Assembly: GCA_964016885.1 (NCBI GenBank)
Contig: OZ024743.1
Coordinates: 310,868,001-310,932,000, forward strand
From: Eledone cirrhosa
Lineage: Eukaryota
Direction of reading: 5' to 3'
Length of the DNA stretch: 64,000 nt
This document shows positions 1-10,823 of this stretch, piece by piece. Every line of letters begins with the position of its first letter. Position 1 is the first letter of the stretch. A program made the position numbers and the translations under genes. The notes below the pieces were generated by a model. That model made no database searches. It was not told the DNA's origin and was given only the letters and a program-made list of their open reading frames with translations.

Positions 1-1179
1 AGGCGCTTTGCTGCAAAAACAAAAGTATTTACATCAATCATAAGAGTCCTCTTGTATGCAGATGATTGCGATCTTGTAGTGCACACAAATAGTGATATGC
101 AGCACATTTTGAATGCATTTTCTTATGCTTACACCGCCCTAGGATTGACTGTCAGTCTCAAGAAAGCCGTCGTCATGTACCAACCTGCCCCTGGTAAGCA
201 GTACAGTGAACCAAATATCTATGTGTATGGTAAACGACTTGGAGTGGTTGATCAGTTTCTCTACCTGGGAAGCACTGTCAATCGATACAGCAACCTTGAT
301 AATGAAATTCCACTCAGGATTAGGAAAGCAAGTGATGCTTTCGGAAAGTTAGAAAGGCGACTCTGGGGTCGGCGAGACATATGCAAGAAGACAAAGGTAA
401 AGGTGTATCAGGCATGTGTGCTCTATTCTCATCTTTATGTTTGTGAGACCTGGGTCACATATCGACACCACCTTAAGCAATTGGAGCGTTTCCATCAGAT
501 GTGTCTCAGACGGATCCATGGCGTTCACTGGAGGGACCACATCAGTGATGTCGAGATTTTGGAAAGCTCTATGTGTGACAGTATAGAAGCTCTTGTGCTT
601 AAGCAAAGACTCCGTTGGAGTGGTCACCTTGCCAGGATGAAGAATTCTAGAATACCAAAACAACTCTTTTGTGGAGAGTTATTTAAAGGAAAACGACCGC
701 TACATAAACAAAAAAAGTGGTATAAGGATTCCTTGAAAGCCTCTCTGAAAGACGCTAACATCTCTGCTGATACATGGGAAAATGTTGCTGCTGATCGTAA
801 TAAATGGAGAAAGACTGCATATGAGGGGAAAGTTGCCTTTGAGGCATCTCGAATCGCATACGAGACAGTAAAGCGGGGTATGAGGAAGGGCATTGCTGTT
901 GCATTTCCAGACGGCGAAGGTCCTCCTATGGCGCTGACATGCAGCGTCTGTGCGAGACTCTGCCTAAGCAAAGCTGGACTCGAAAGTCATCTTCGCAGTC
1001 ACAAAGTAAGACCAGTGGTTGACTACCAGGGTGCTGTTGGAGATGCTACTCATCATGCTTGCCAAGCATGTGGTAGAGAATGTAAATCAGCAGGAGGGCT
1101 CAAACGACATGCAAAAGTACATGAACTCCAACCACAGTCGGCTATTCCCAGCTATATCATCAACCAAAATCAAAATTAG
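1..1179 (+). mobile_element. RTE-clade LINE, 3' part of ORF (RT C-terminus plus two C2H2 zinc fingers); runs off the window start
   Basis: Frame open from base 1: RRFAAKTKV..IRVLLYADD, FLYLGS, LERFHQMCLRRI, RLRWSGHLARM..SRIPKQL, then CSVCARLCLSKAGLESHLRSH and CQACGRECKSAGGLKRHAKVH. Confidence 0.9.
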
Positions 1180-1264
1180 AAATAGAAAGCAGCTTAAACT
1201 TTTTGAAATTAATGTAGAGTTGATGTTAGCAAATATATGTTTCAAGGAGTTAATTTCACCTAAT

Positions 1265-1412
1265 TCTTCTTCTTCTTCTTCTTCTTCTTCTTCTTCTTCT
1301 TCTTCTTCTTCTTCTTCTTCTTCTTCTTCTTCTTCTTCTTCTTCTTCTTCTTCTTCTTCTTCTTCTTCTTCTTCTTCTTCTTCTTCTTCTTCGTCTTCTT
1401 CTTCCTCTTCTT
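1265..1412. repeat. (TTC)n microsatellite, probably the (GAA)n tail of the adjacent minus-strand RTE
   Basis: About 48 TTC units read directly, abutting the RTE 3' end. Confidence 0.9.
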
Positions 1413-1915
1413 GCTCAACGAGGTCATCTTAAGCCAGCGATCCCAAAGTACCGTTGAACGTAGAGCCGAACAGGTCTGCTAGTACCCTCCATCGCTGACG
1501 GTCCTGTGCTAGCTTCTCTGCATTCTCTAATGTGATTTCCAACCTCCGGAGACCACCTGGTGCAGGGCCTGCTGTGGGGCCTCTTCCACCCTGCAGCCAC
1601 TGCGTCCATATCCGACCTATATCACCAATTGCTTCAGCGACCTAGCAGAGGACTAGACCGACATCTGGAAAATTTTTAAATCAGACGTTAACCAGTCTAC
1701 GCGCGAGGTCCTGGTAAACTCAGGACCTCTTCCCAATGGTCCTGGATTTCACCGCGGACGCTGGAGACAATTAACTGTTGCCGCAAGGCTCTCCTACGCC
1801 GTGACATGAATGAGTACAGTCGGCTTAAGTGGATATGCAACAATACGGAAGACCGAGATAAATTGTAGGAAGAAGAAGCTGAGCATCTGGAAACAGCGGC
1901 AAGGAACAACAACCA
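1413..1915 (-). mobile_element. Degenerate RTE-like LINE remnant: 3' end on minus (1413-1610) joined to an inverted internal linker fragment on plus (~1620-1915)
   Basis: Minus: GWKRPHSRPCTRW..LENAEKLAQDRQRWR. Plus: W..FKSDVNQSTREVL..WISPRTLETI..EEEAEHLETAARNN, resembling the RTE APE-RT linker. Confidence 0.6.
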
Positions 1916-4568
1916 TCCCAAGCAAGGTCTTCACCTAAAAACCTGGTTAATAAATTTATATCATCTGTCTTTGATCTTAGTTGTTCCGGGACGGGTTTGA
2001 TCTTCTCATAACGTATTTTCTGCAGCCTATTTAAAATAGTTTGGCTTTTTGTGTGTTTTTTATATGTATTCTTTGGCTTCACATTTAGGTTTTAATCCTT
2101 TGACTAAGCCAAAGAATATACTTTTGAAAAAATAATGAGTATTATAAAATGTCAAGACCATGATATGTGCCTTACTAATTCCAGTGTTATTCGATAACAT
2201 CAAATAAAAAAGATTTTTAAATCTGAATAATAAAACTACTTGTCAAAACATTGCATTTATTGTTTTACATTGCATAAATTACTGAAGGTTTAAACACTTT
2301 CTACACTGAAAATTGTTATGAAACTCTAGACAAGCTACTTAAATACACTGTACTTGGCATTCACACAAACTGGATAGCTGCTTCAACTCACTGTAAATTT
2401 GTTCGGAAGCTATATATGTTATTATTTGATAGGGAGCAATATAATACATTTCACACGCTATTTAATTACTTTCCACAAATTGTGTGTGATGAGCCTTTAA
2501 ACCAAATGCATTGAACGCGATTTCAAAATAAATTATAGTGGTAACGATTATTTCTATTCGAAATTAAGGTTTGGATATGTATTCAATTGAATTCCGAAAT
2601 GTTTGTGCCATTATTCATATAACTACAATCAGATAAATTCCTTTGAATTTCAGTTAATATAAAGAGTAGTATCCTTTATTCGGGCGACCAAAAGTATTTA
2701 TAAACTTTTAAAAACTTATAATGTATCCCATTATAATCATATGAAAACATTTATATAACGTTAGTGTTTAATGCAAAGAACATTTCTCCTGTTTATTAAC
2801 ATCAGAACATTACAATTCTTTAAAGGTGTTAATACAATTAGACATTAAATTATCTTCAATAATAACCAACTTAGGAATCTCAATACATTTTCATTTGATA
2901 TATATAGTTCAAAATTATTAATAATATTTCAGTCGTTGTCTCCACTTACAGAATAGTATGAAACGTCATAAACATATTACTCCATTCATTTTTGTAGGAT
3001 AAAGATTTATAGCTAATAGATCGAAAACACGAAAAAATGTTTATTGTTTATATAAGTTCATTACTTTACGTAACTAATTCACTGCAATTAAAACGATGTC
3101 GCAATATATTATTTGTAATGTTCTCTTAAAGAATGGTTGATTTATGGTAAACATAATAGTGCACTAGATGTTATCAACATAACATAAAAGAAAAACCTAT
3201 CTTCGCAGGACTACTGAATTGATGAGGAAGATTTGATATGTTGATAGACCAATTAAATGTAAATAGAGAGCGGCAATGGTAGATAATTCAAAGATGCGGA
3301 CGGTCAGTCAAAGTATCAGTAGTTCGTATCTTGTTATTAAAGCTTCAATTTCCAATATCAAGACACTTAGCTCCCAACAGTATCAATATACTTTCTCTTA
3401 ATGAGAAGGAATTGGGAAAAGACTTATTTGTGTTTAGAGCCTGTAGAAATGGAAGCAAAATGAGCATGAAATATGTTTCAGCCTGACTGCCACTTGCAGA
3501 ACTATAATGGTTATGACTAAATTGGTAGGAGCATTTCGCACAGTTTTGAAAGAGACAATAAGGTTTCAGCATGCCGAGATATGAACGAAGGGATATTTTG
3601 CTTTGATGCTTGGTAGACGTGCGTTGTTTTGGTGTCCTAGCAGTGTTCTCTTTTGCACCTAAATTCGTCTTTAGATAAATAATATCGATGTGAAGAATAT
3701 AGTGAAATATACTAAGGGAAATATATTGGCAAAATATGAGTACTGGTGCCGATGGTGCTCAAGCATGGTCGCAGTGTAATGATTGAAACTGGTTTCAGAA
3801 TAAAATACAATGATGAAAAGAATTATTATATTTCAGCCTTGGGATTACGTTTCAATGTATAAATGATTAAATGCCAACTGAATTCATTCAGTCAAAAGCG
3901 GATGTGATTATTATAAGGAGATTATGCATTTAAATTTTATTAAGTTTAAATTAGATTTCAGTTGTTACTACTTCAATTTAACAGCCATAAGTGATATCCA
4001 CAATTAGCAATATAAATGATTAGATAATAATTGTTATCTAGCTAGCTATTGCTACTACTTTAACATAGTTATAGTAATAATTATAGCATAATTCAGTAAC
4101 ACACGTGTTTCCTATTTATATCAGTACAATGATATTTATGTCAGAAGTTCAATATAATAATTCTAACATATGTATCCAAATAATTGATGAATTGATTTGT
4201 GAAAATATTTTGTGATTAACCTGAAATGCAAATGGGAAAGGTATTGATGTTTGGATTTTTCATTTGTTCGCGCCTTGCAAATATCAGAGTACGTACACTC
4301 CTATCACCCCACGCCCCGTGAAAGCTAGTTGGTGTAGCATTGCGTTGTTTTTCACTTTTTGTGTTTTTATAAGGACTACTAAAATGTTTTAGTAAGCATT
4401 AGTGAGCACCTTCCAATGATGTACAGGTACCGTACCAATAGCATGCAGCAGTGTCGCTCCATCCTCTGCATCTAATATTGGCTAGGGATGGGATCACATC
4501 ATACATTCTTTTCAAAAGACATTGCACCTGAGGTGTGACATATCGTCAGGTTTTGAAAACACTGCTAG

Positions 4569-4667
<99 letters not shown>

Positions 4668-4798
4668 GTGAGGGTTTTTTTACAAAATGAAAAATAACCG
4701 AGGTGTCCTACACGAGTGAAAGTATAAAGAAAAAGAGATGAAATCGAAAATGCAACTGAAGTCTTATTTTTTTTTTAAATATATATATTTATTTGGTT

Positions 4799-4836
4799 CT
4801 TTTACCGGTTTCGCAGTTCTTCTGCTTTTCAAAAGG
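4799..4836 (-). ncRNA. Minimal type I hammerhead-like motif with U3-A8 core, in a PLE pseudo-LTR fragment
   Basis: Reverse complement CCTT-TTGAAAA-GCAG aagaa CTGC-GAAA-CCGG-TA-AAAG; stem I imperfect. Confidence 0.55.
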
Positions 4837-4889
4837 TGAGTTGAGATGGAGGGTCTGTGGTTTTTCTCACATCTGACTATATATATATA

Positions 4890-5403
4890 GTTTTAATATA
4901 GATGAGATTCTACAGGACTAGAACTGTTTCATTCTTTAGAAATCATCAGGAATCTGGCTTTCCAAAAATAAATGTTGTGGTATTTATATCTTTTCAGGTG
5001 GTAGGAGAGGGTGGGGAGTGGGATGGGTGGAGGTACTTTGGTTGAAAGAAAAGGGAAATCATTAAAAGCTAATTCTTTAAGGCTATAATTTATATTTAGA
5101 GTGACAAAGGCAGAAATAATTCTATATACAAGATCAGAATGGGGTGCCACTCCTTATTATTAGTTACTCTTAAGCTAACAATGCCTATATTTCATTTGTC
5201 TATAAGGTGGTTGGGGGTCCCTCATGGTTGATGGATTTAAAGAAAAGTGAAATTCTTTAAAAGCTAATTCTTTAAAGCTCTAGTTAGAGTGACAAAGGCC
5301 AAGAGAATTCTATAAACCAGTTCAAAATATTGGGTACCTATCATATCATTATTGTCATATTTCTCTTAAGCTATATTCCAAGTGTCAACAGACACATTCA
5401 CAT

Positions 5404-5420
<17 letters not shown>
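4890..5420 (-). mobile_element. Non-coding hammerhead-bearing PLE-type element (family A), inverted copy of 8430-8959
   Basis: About 520 bp reverse-complement match to 8430-8959; flanked by (TA)n/(CA)n. Confidence 0.8.
4905..4955 (-). ncRNA. Type I hammerhead ribozyme (family A), core intact
   Basis: Reverse complement AGATTC-CTGATGA-tTTCtaaaGAAt-GAAA-CAG ttctagtc CTG-TA-GAATCT: 6-bp stem I, GUA triplet. Confidence 0.8.
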
Positions 5421-5434
<14 letters not shown>

Positions 5435-5439
5435 CACAC

Positions 5440-5499
<60 letters not shown>

Positions 5500-5572
5500 A
5501 TGTATATATATATATGTGTATGTGTGTGTGTGTATATATATATGTGTATGTATGTGTATGTATATATATATA

Positions 5573-5626
<54 letters not shown>

Positions 5627-5631
5627 AAAGA

Positions 5632-7052
5632 AAAGAAGATTGAAACTCCCCCCCCCCCTATCTATACATTCCTAAAGCATGCATAGATACACTACTACTA
5701 CCCACACGGCCACCTACAGACCAAAGCATAGAAACAGACATATATTACAAGCCCACAGACACCAAGCAATATCTTCCTTTCAACTCTTTCCACCCTAGAC
5801 ACAATAAAATTAATATTCCTACAACTTAGCCAAGGGAATCTGTACTATAGTCTCCAATAAAAACACCTGTTACTTACGGCTACAAGAACTAAAGGACACA
5901 CTCATAGGCAGGGACTACCCTGCATCACTAATTGACAATGGAATCCAACGTGCCCTAAAACTCAGTACCCAGGACCTTAGACACCCTAAAGTAAATCAAC
6001 CGAAACTAAAAGCTCTTCCATACATCTCCACACACAATGAGGCCTTTGACACCATCCTCCAGAACATCCCTGTGTTAAAAAAGCACCATAGAATGAACCA
6101 GATCCTTCTAACACACGATATCATAAAGAGCAAAAGACAATTTAAGTCAATGAAAAACATCCTAACACATGCCAAAGTACTGCTAACCACAACAACGAAA
6201 CCCACAGTAAAAAAATGCGTTAGACCCAACTGTGGCATATGCATCAACCTAATAGAGGGTTCGGAATTCTATTTCAAAGAAGGACAACGTTTTACAGTAA
6301 AACACAATTTCACATGCGCATCAGAAAATCTAATATATGTATTAACTTGCTCAGGTTGTCGAGAACAATACATAGGCCAGACCAAAAGCAGCCTCCGCCA
6401 ACGCATGACTGTCCATAGATCCCAAATTAAAATATGGGAATACAGGAAAATACCACTGAGTGAACACATTAATACCTGTGCCGCCCCAAATCATCCCAAC
6501 TTTAGAATCTTTCCCCTCTACAATTTAAAGATAATGCCACCCACACCCAGCGCATCAGCAAGGAATCTCACTTTATTAACAAATATGGACCTCGTCTAAA
6601 CACTTCTAAGACGAACCCACAACATACACACGTCAACATACATACCTAGATCAGCACACATCTCTACATATATCTCTATCCACATATAAACACACATGTT
6701 CTATGGTGCAACACAAACATACACAAATTTGCATACCTTTTGATGTCTATAGCTATAAACGTACCGACACACACACATGCATATACGCACACATGCATTG
6801 CACACTGACGGGCACGTACATATTTGTACACAAGTATTCCCATACGGCAGGGCCTAATGGATTCCCCTTGCAGTACGTACAATCTGGACACTCACACACA
6901 CTTTGGTGTTATGACAATACTATATATCACTTCACACCTTTTATTATTAATGTTTTTGATGTTCTTTTGAGAGAATCGTTTTTGCAAATTACTGAAATTA
7001 TCGAATAATGTACACCATTTTTACCAGTATCACAAAAATACTGGTCCACCCC

Positions 7053-7083
<31 letters not shown>

Positions 7084-7885
7084 ACACATATATATACATA
7101 CACACACATATACACACGCGTACACTAACATACAAACAGACATATACCCACACACACACACTTCTCCGTATAAGGCAAGAGCTGAAAAATATCTTTCAAC
7201 ATGTTTAAATATCCCCCACACACGTACAGACACATTCGTACTGACCGAATCCCCCTACCACAAATCACTCTGCTACACACACACACACACACACACATAT
7301 TTGTCTTAATAGACACCTGAACTGTTGACTTCTCAACATGACTGCAATTCACACACACATCCCTACTGACCATTATCACAACAATGAACCTCTTTAATGC
7401 CGCCCCCACCCCACCCCCACCCACACACACACATATTTGTCTTAAAAGACTTATTTTTCAGTGACTTCTCAATCAGGCGAAAAAGAACACTCTTCGACAA
7501 ACCTACATTTGGCGCAAAATCAATTTTTAACACTTACGTGACCTCTACAGACCAATCAAAATTGTTTTGACAACAAGAATTTTTGCAACACGAATTGGCG
7601 CGAAACTTATTGTACTCATTCACGTGACATTCAACAACCAACCAAATCTTAATACATCTGGAGCCACTTTTTTCACATAAAACAGGTAGAATTTCCAAAA
7701 CTGATCAGATTAGAGCAAACATCACGGGCGCTCTATCTCAAAATTATTTTTGAAAAGCATTAGAAATGCGCAACCGGTAAAAACTTAAAACTAAAACTGA
7801 ATACTAACCAATACTTATTACTAATTTTTACTTATTCCTAATTAAACTATTTTTCACTGGGAAAAATTTGTCAGCATTTTCTTTT
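5632..7885 (+). mobile_element. 5'-truncated Penelope-like element (Neptune-type): RT thumb remnant, GIY-YIG endonuclease, 3' UTR/pLTR
   Basis: ORF 6072-6599 KCVRPNCGICINL..FTCASENLIYVLTCSGCREQYIGQT..LRQRMTVHRSQI; upstream frameshifted PRHNKINIP..GQGLP remnants; hammerhead-like motif near 3' end. Confidence 0.85.
7747..7783 (+). ncRNA. Minimal hammerhead-like motif, U3-A8 core, GAAA mutated to GCAA
   Basis: TTT-TTGAAAA-GCAT tagaa ATGC-GCAA-CCGG-TA-AAAA. Confidence 0.55.
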
Positions 7886-7892
7886 CCTTTTA

Positions 7893-7952
<60 letters not shown>

Positions 7953-8222
7953 GATAAATCTACCAAGAGTTTACGGTAGTGTCCAATCCGTATGAAGAAC
8001 TCAATGTATTCCGGATATCATGGAAAGAAGAGATGTAATGAAAATCCACTTTCGGTGAAAGATAAACGGTATACAGAGTCAAGATAAAATATTAAACAAA
8101 TAATGAATAAACAATTCCTTATATTAAACAAAAAAAAGTTCAAGTTCATTATTTATAAACGATCGTTAAATAATGAACTTTTTTTGTTTAATATAAGGAA
8201 TTGTTTATTCATTATTTGTTTA

Positions 8223-8345
<123 letters not shown>

Positions 8346-8360
8346 GTGTGTGTATATATA

Positions 8361-8426
<66 letters not shown>

Positions 8427-8429
8427 CGT

Positions 8430-9030
8430 GTGTGTGTGTATGTGTATGTGAATGTGGCTGTTGACACCTGGAATATAGCTTAAGAGAAATATGGCAATAA
8501 TGATATGATAGGCACCCAATATTTTGAACTAGTTTATAGAATCCTCTTGGCCTTTGTCACTCTAACTAGAGCTTTAAAGAATTAGCTTTTAAAGAATATC
8601 CCTTTTCTTTACATCCATTTACCATGACTGACCCCAACCACCTTATAGACAAATGAAATATAGGCATTGTTAGCTTAAGAGAAACTTGAAAATAAGGAGT
8701 GGCACCCCATTCTGATCTTGTATATAGAATTACTTCTGCCTTTGTCACTCTAAATATAAATTATAGCCTTAAAGAATTAGCTTTTAATGAATTCCTTTTT
8801 CTTTCAACCAATGACCTCCACCCATCCCACTCCCCACCCTCTCCTACCACCAGAAAAGATATAAATACCACAACATTTATTTTTGGAAAGCCAGATTCCT
8901 GATGATTTCTGAAGAATGAAACAGTTCTAGTCCTGTATAATCTCATCTATATTAAAACGTTTATACTCTGCTATGTATTGAGTACCTTACTTACTGTGGT
9001 TACCTTCGATTCAACCCGGAATAACTTACC
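8430..9030 (+). mobile_element. Non-coding hammerhead-bearing PLE-type element (family A)
   Basis: Inverted match to 4890-5420; its 3' part also matches 47165-47291; bounded by microsatellites. Confidence 0.8.
8893..8943 (+). ncRNA. Type I hammerhead ribozyme (family A)
   Basis: AGATTC-CTGATGA-TTTCTGAAGAAT-GAAA-CAG..CTG-TA-tAATCT, one stem I mismatch. Confidence 0.7.
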
Positions 9031-9218
9031 TATATATATAAATATAATTCAGCGACAATCGTATTTCGGCTGAGAAAAAGCGAAACGAAACGCAAAATCG
9101 TAGAAATGCTGGCAAGCGCTCAATAATAAGTTAAAACGCCATACAAAACTGAAAAAGTGGTTAAGACGGCATTAACCACCTGAGCCAAAAAACAAATCAA
9201 GTTAAACAGGTCAAACAA

Positions 9219-9354
<136 letters not shown>

Positions 9355-9630
9355 CCTGACCAGCAAATCTCCAAAATGGTTGAATGAATACGCACGTGTG
9401 TGTATTTTTTCTTCATTTTTTTTTTCGTTTCTTCCCTGTTCCTTCCTCATCTCTCTTTCTTTCTATTCTATCTTCTATTTCTAACTCTAACTTCTGATGA
9501 AGTCTCCGAAACGTTGAGATTTTTCTGCTGTTTCAAGCGATAAACTAATATATTTTGTCAAAGTACTGTGCTGTTTGCTTTGTTTTTTTACATTACACAC
9601 ACACACACACACATACACACATACACACAT

Positions 9631-9790
<160 letters not shown>

Positions 9791-9842
9791 TTTAATATAT
9801 CTAACATAGCTTAATTGCCTGGAGACTTGGCTGAGAATAGAT

Positions 9843-9922
9843 CTCCCTGATGACGCAATGACATTCTCAACAGTTCATTACGTAACTGTCTTTATCCCAT
9901 TGCAGAAACTAATTAGTTGGAG
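9843..9922 (+). ncRNA. Type I hammerhead ribozyme (family B, copy 1)
   Basis: CTCC-CTGATGA-cGCAATG..CATTGCa-GAAA-CTAATTAG-TT-GGAG; palindromic stem III, GUU triplet. Confidence 0.8.
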
Positions 9923-10396
9923 TGAAAATTTAAGTAAGTAAGTTAATTTTTAAAAAATTTTTTTTTTTTTAATTTTCTTATTTTACGTCTTTTATATTAT
10001 TGTTCTGCATCCTCCTGCATTGAACCACCTAGGTACTATGACATAACCTGTGTATTTGCTGGCATTAGCGTACATCTGTGCGCTTATGTTAGTAGATATA
10101 TTAAATTATCTATATTTATCTCCAAATCACTGATTTGTCGAGCAAACCTGCCAAAACCACTTCTAAATTTGTTGGGGGTGTTAGTAGGCGTCTGTCATCT
10201 TACCATCCCATTCCTACTGACTAGCCTCTGTGTCACGTGATTGATTCTTTAGAATCGGCCATACGACCAGTGGCAGTGAGAATTTTCAGTGCCTGGAATC
10301 TAGTCCTCGATAGCTGTTCCATTTACCGAATTATTATTATTTTTATATGAGTTCCCAGTGTCCGCGCATTGCCTGGAGACCTGGCTGAGAATATAT

Positions 10397-10476
10397 CTCC
10401 CTGATGACGCAATGAAATTCTCAACAGTTCATTACGTAACTGTCTTTATCCCATTGCAGAAACTAATTAGTTGGAG
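10397..10476 (+). ncRNA. Type I hammerhead ribozyme (family B, copy 2)
   Basis: Same fold as 9843-9922, 554 nt downstream. Confidence 0.8.
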
Positions 10477-10541
10477 TGAAAATTTAAGTAAGTAAGTTAA
10501 TTTTAAAAAAATCTTTTTTTTTTTAATTTTCTTATTTTACG

Positions 10542-10577
<36 letters not shown>

Positions 10578-10601
10578 ATACTTGTTCCTATATATATATA
10601 T

Positions 10602-10667
<66 letters not shown>

Positions 10668-10768
10668 ATGTATATATATATATATATATATAGGAACAAG
10701 TATGTTTCGACGGCTATTTCTGGACTGGTGCGTTATGGTCCATCTGGTTCCTTACCACAATTTCTTCG

Positions 10769-10817
<49 letters not shown>

Positions 10818-10823
<6 letters not shown>

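Larger units (their letters stand above)
9814..10550 (+). mobile_element. Retrozyme-like or non-autonomous PLE unit: ~180-bp direct repeats with 554-bp period, each with a hammerhead
   Basis: 9814-9996 repeats at 10368-10550; no ORF in the track; flanked by (TA)n/(GA)n. Confidence 0.8.

Noticed and set aside
2280-2514. Open frame GLNTFYTENCYETLDKLLKYTVLGI, faintly like the end of a tetraspanin EC2 loop
   Set aside because: No CCG motif, no convincing splice sites or partner exons; resemblance too weak.
7998-8070. Hammerhead-like CCGT-ATGAAGA..GAAA-ATC..GAT-AA-ACGG
   Set aside because: Two invariant core positions altered and no clear stem II; at best a decayed relic.
9490-9522. CTGATGA-agtctcc-GAAACGTT minimal hammerhead-like motif
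   Set aside because: Stem I pairs only ~3 bp and stem II is absent; possibly a decayed pLTR motif but not supportable alone.
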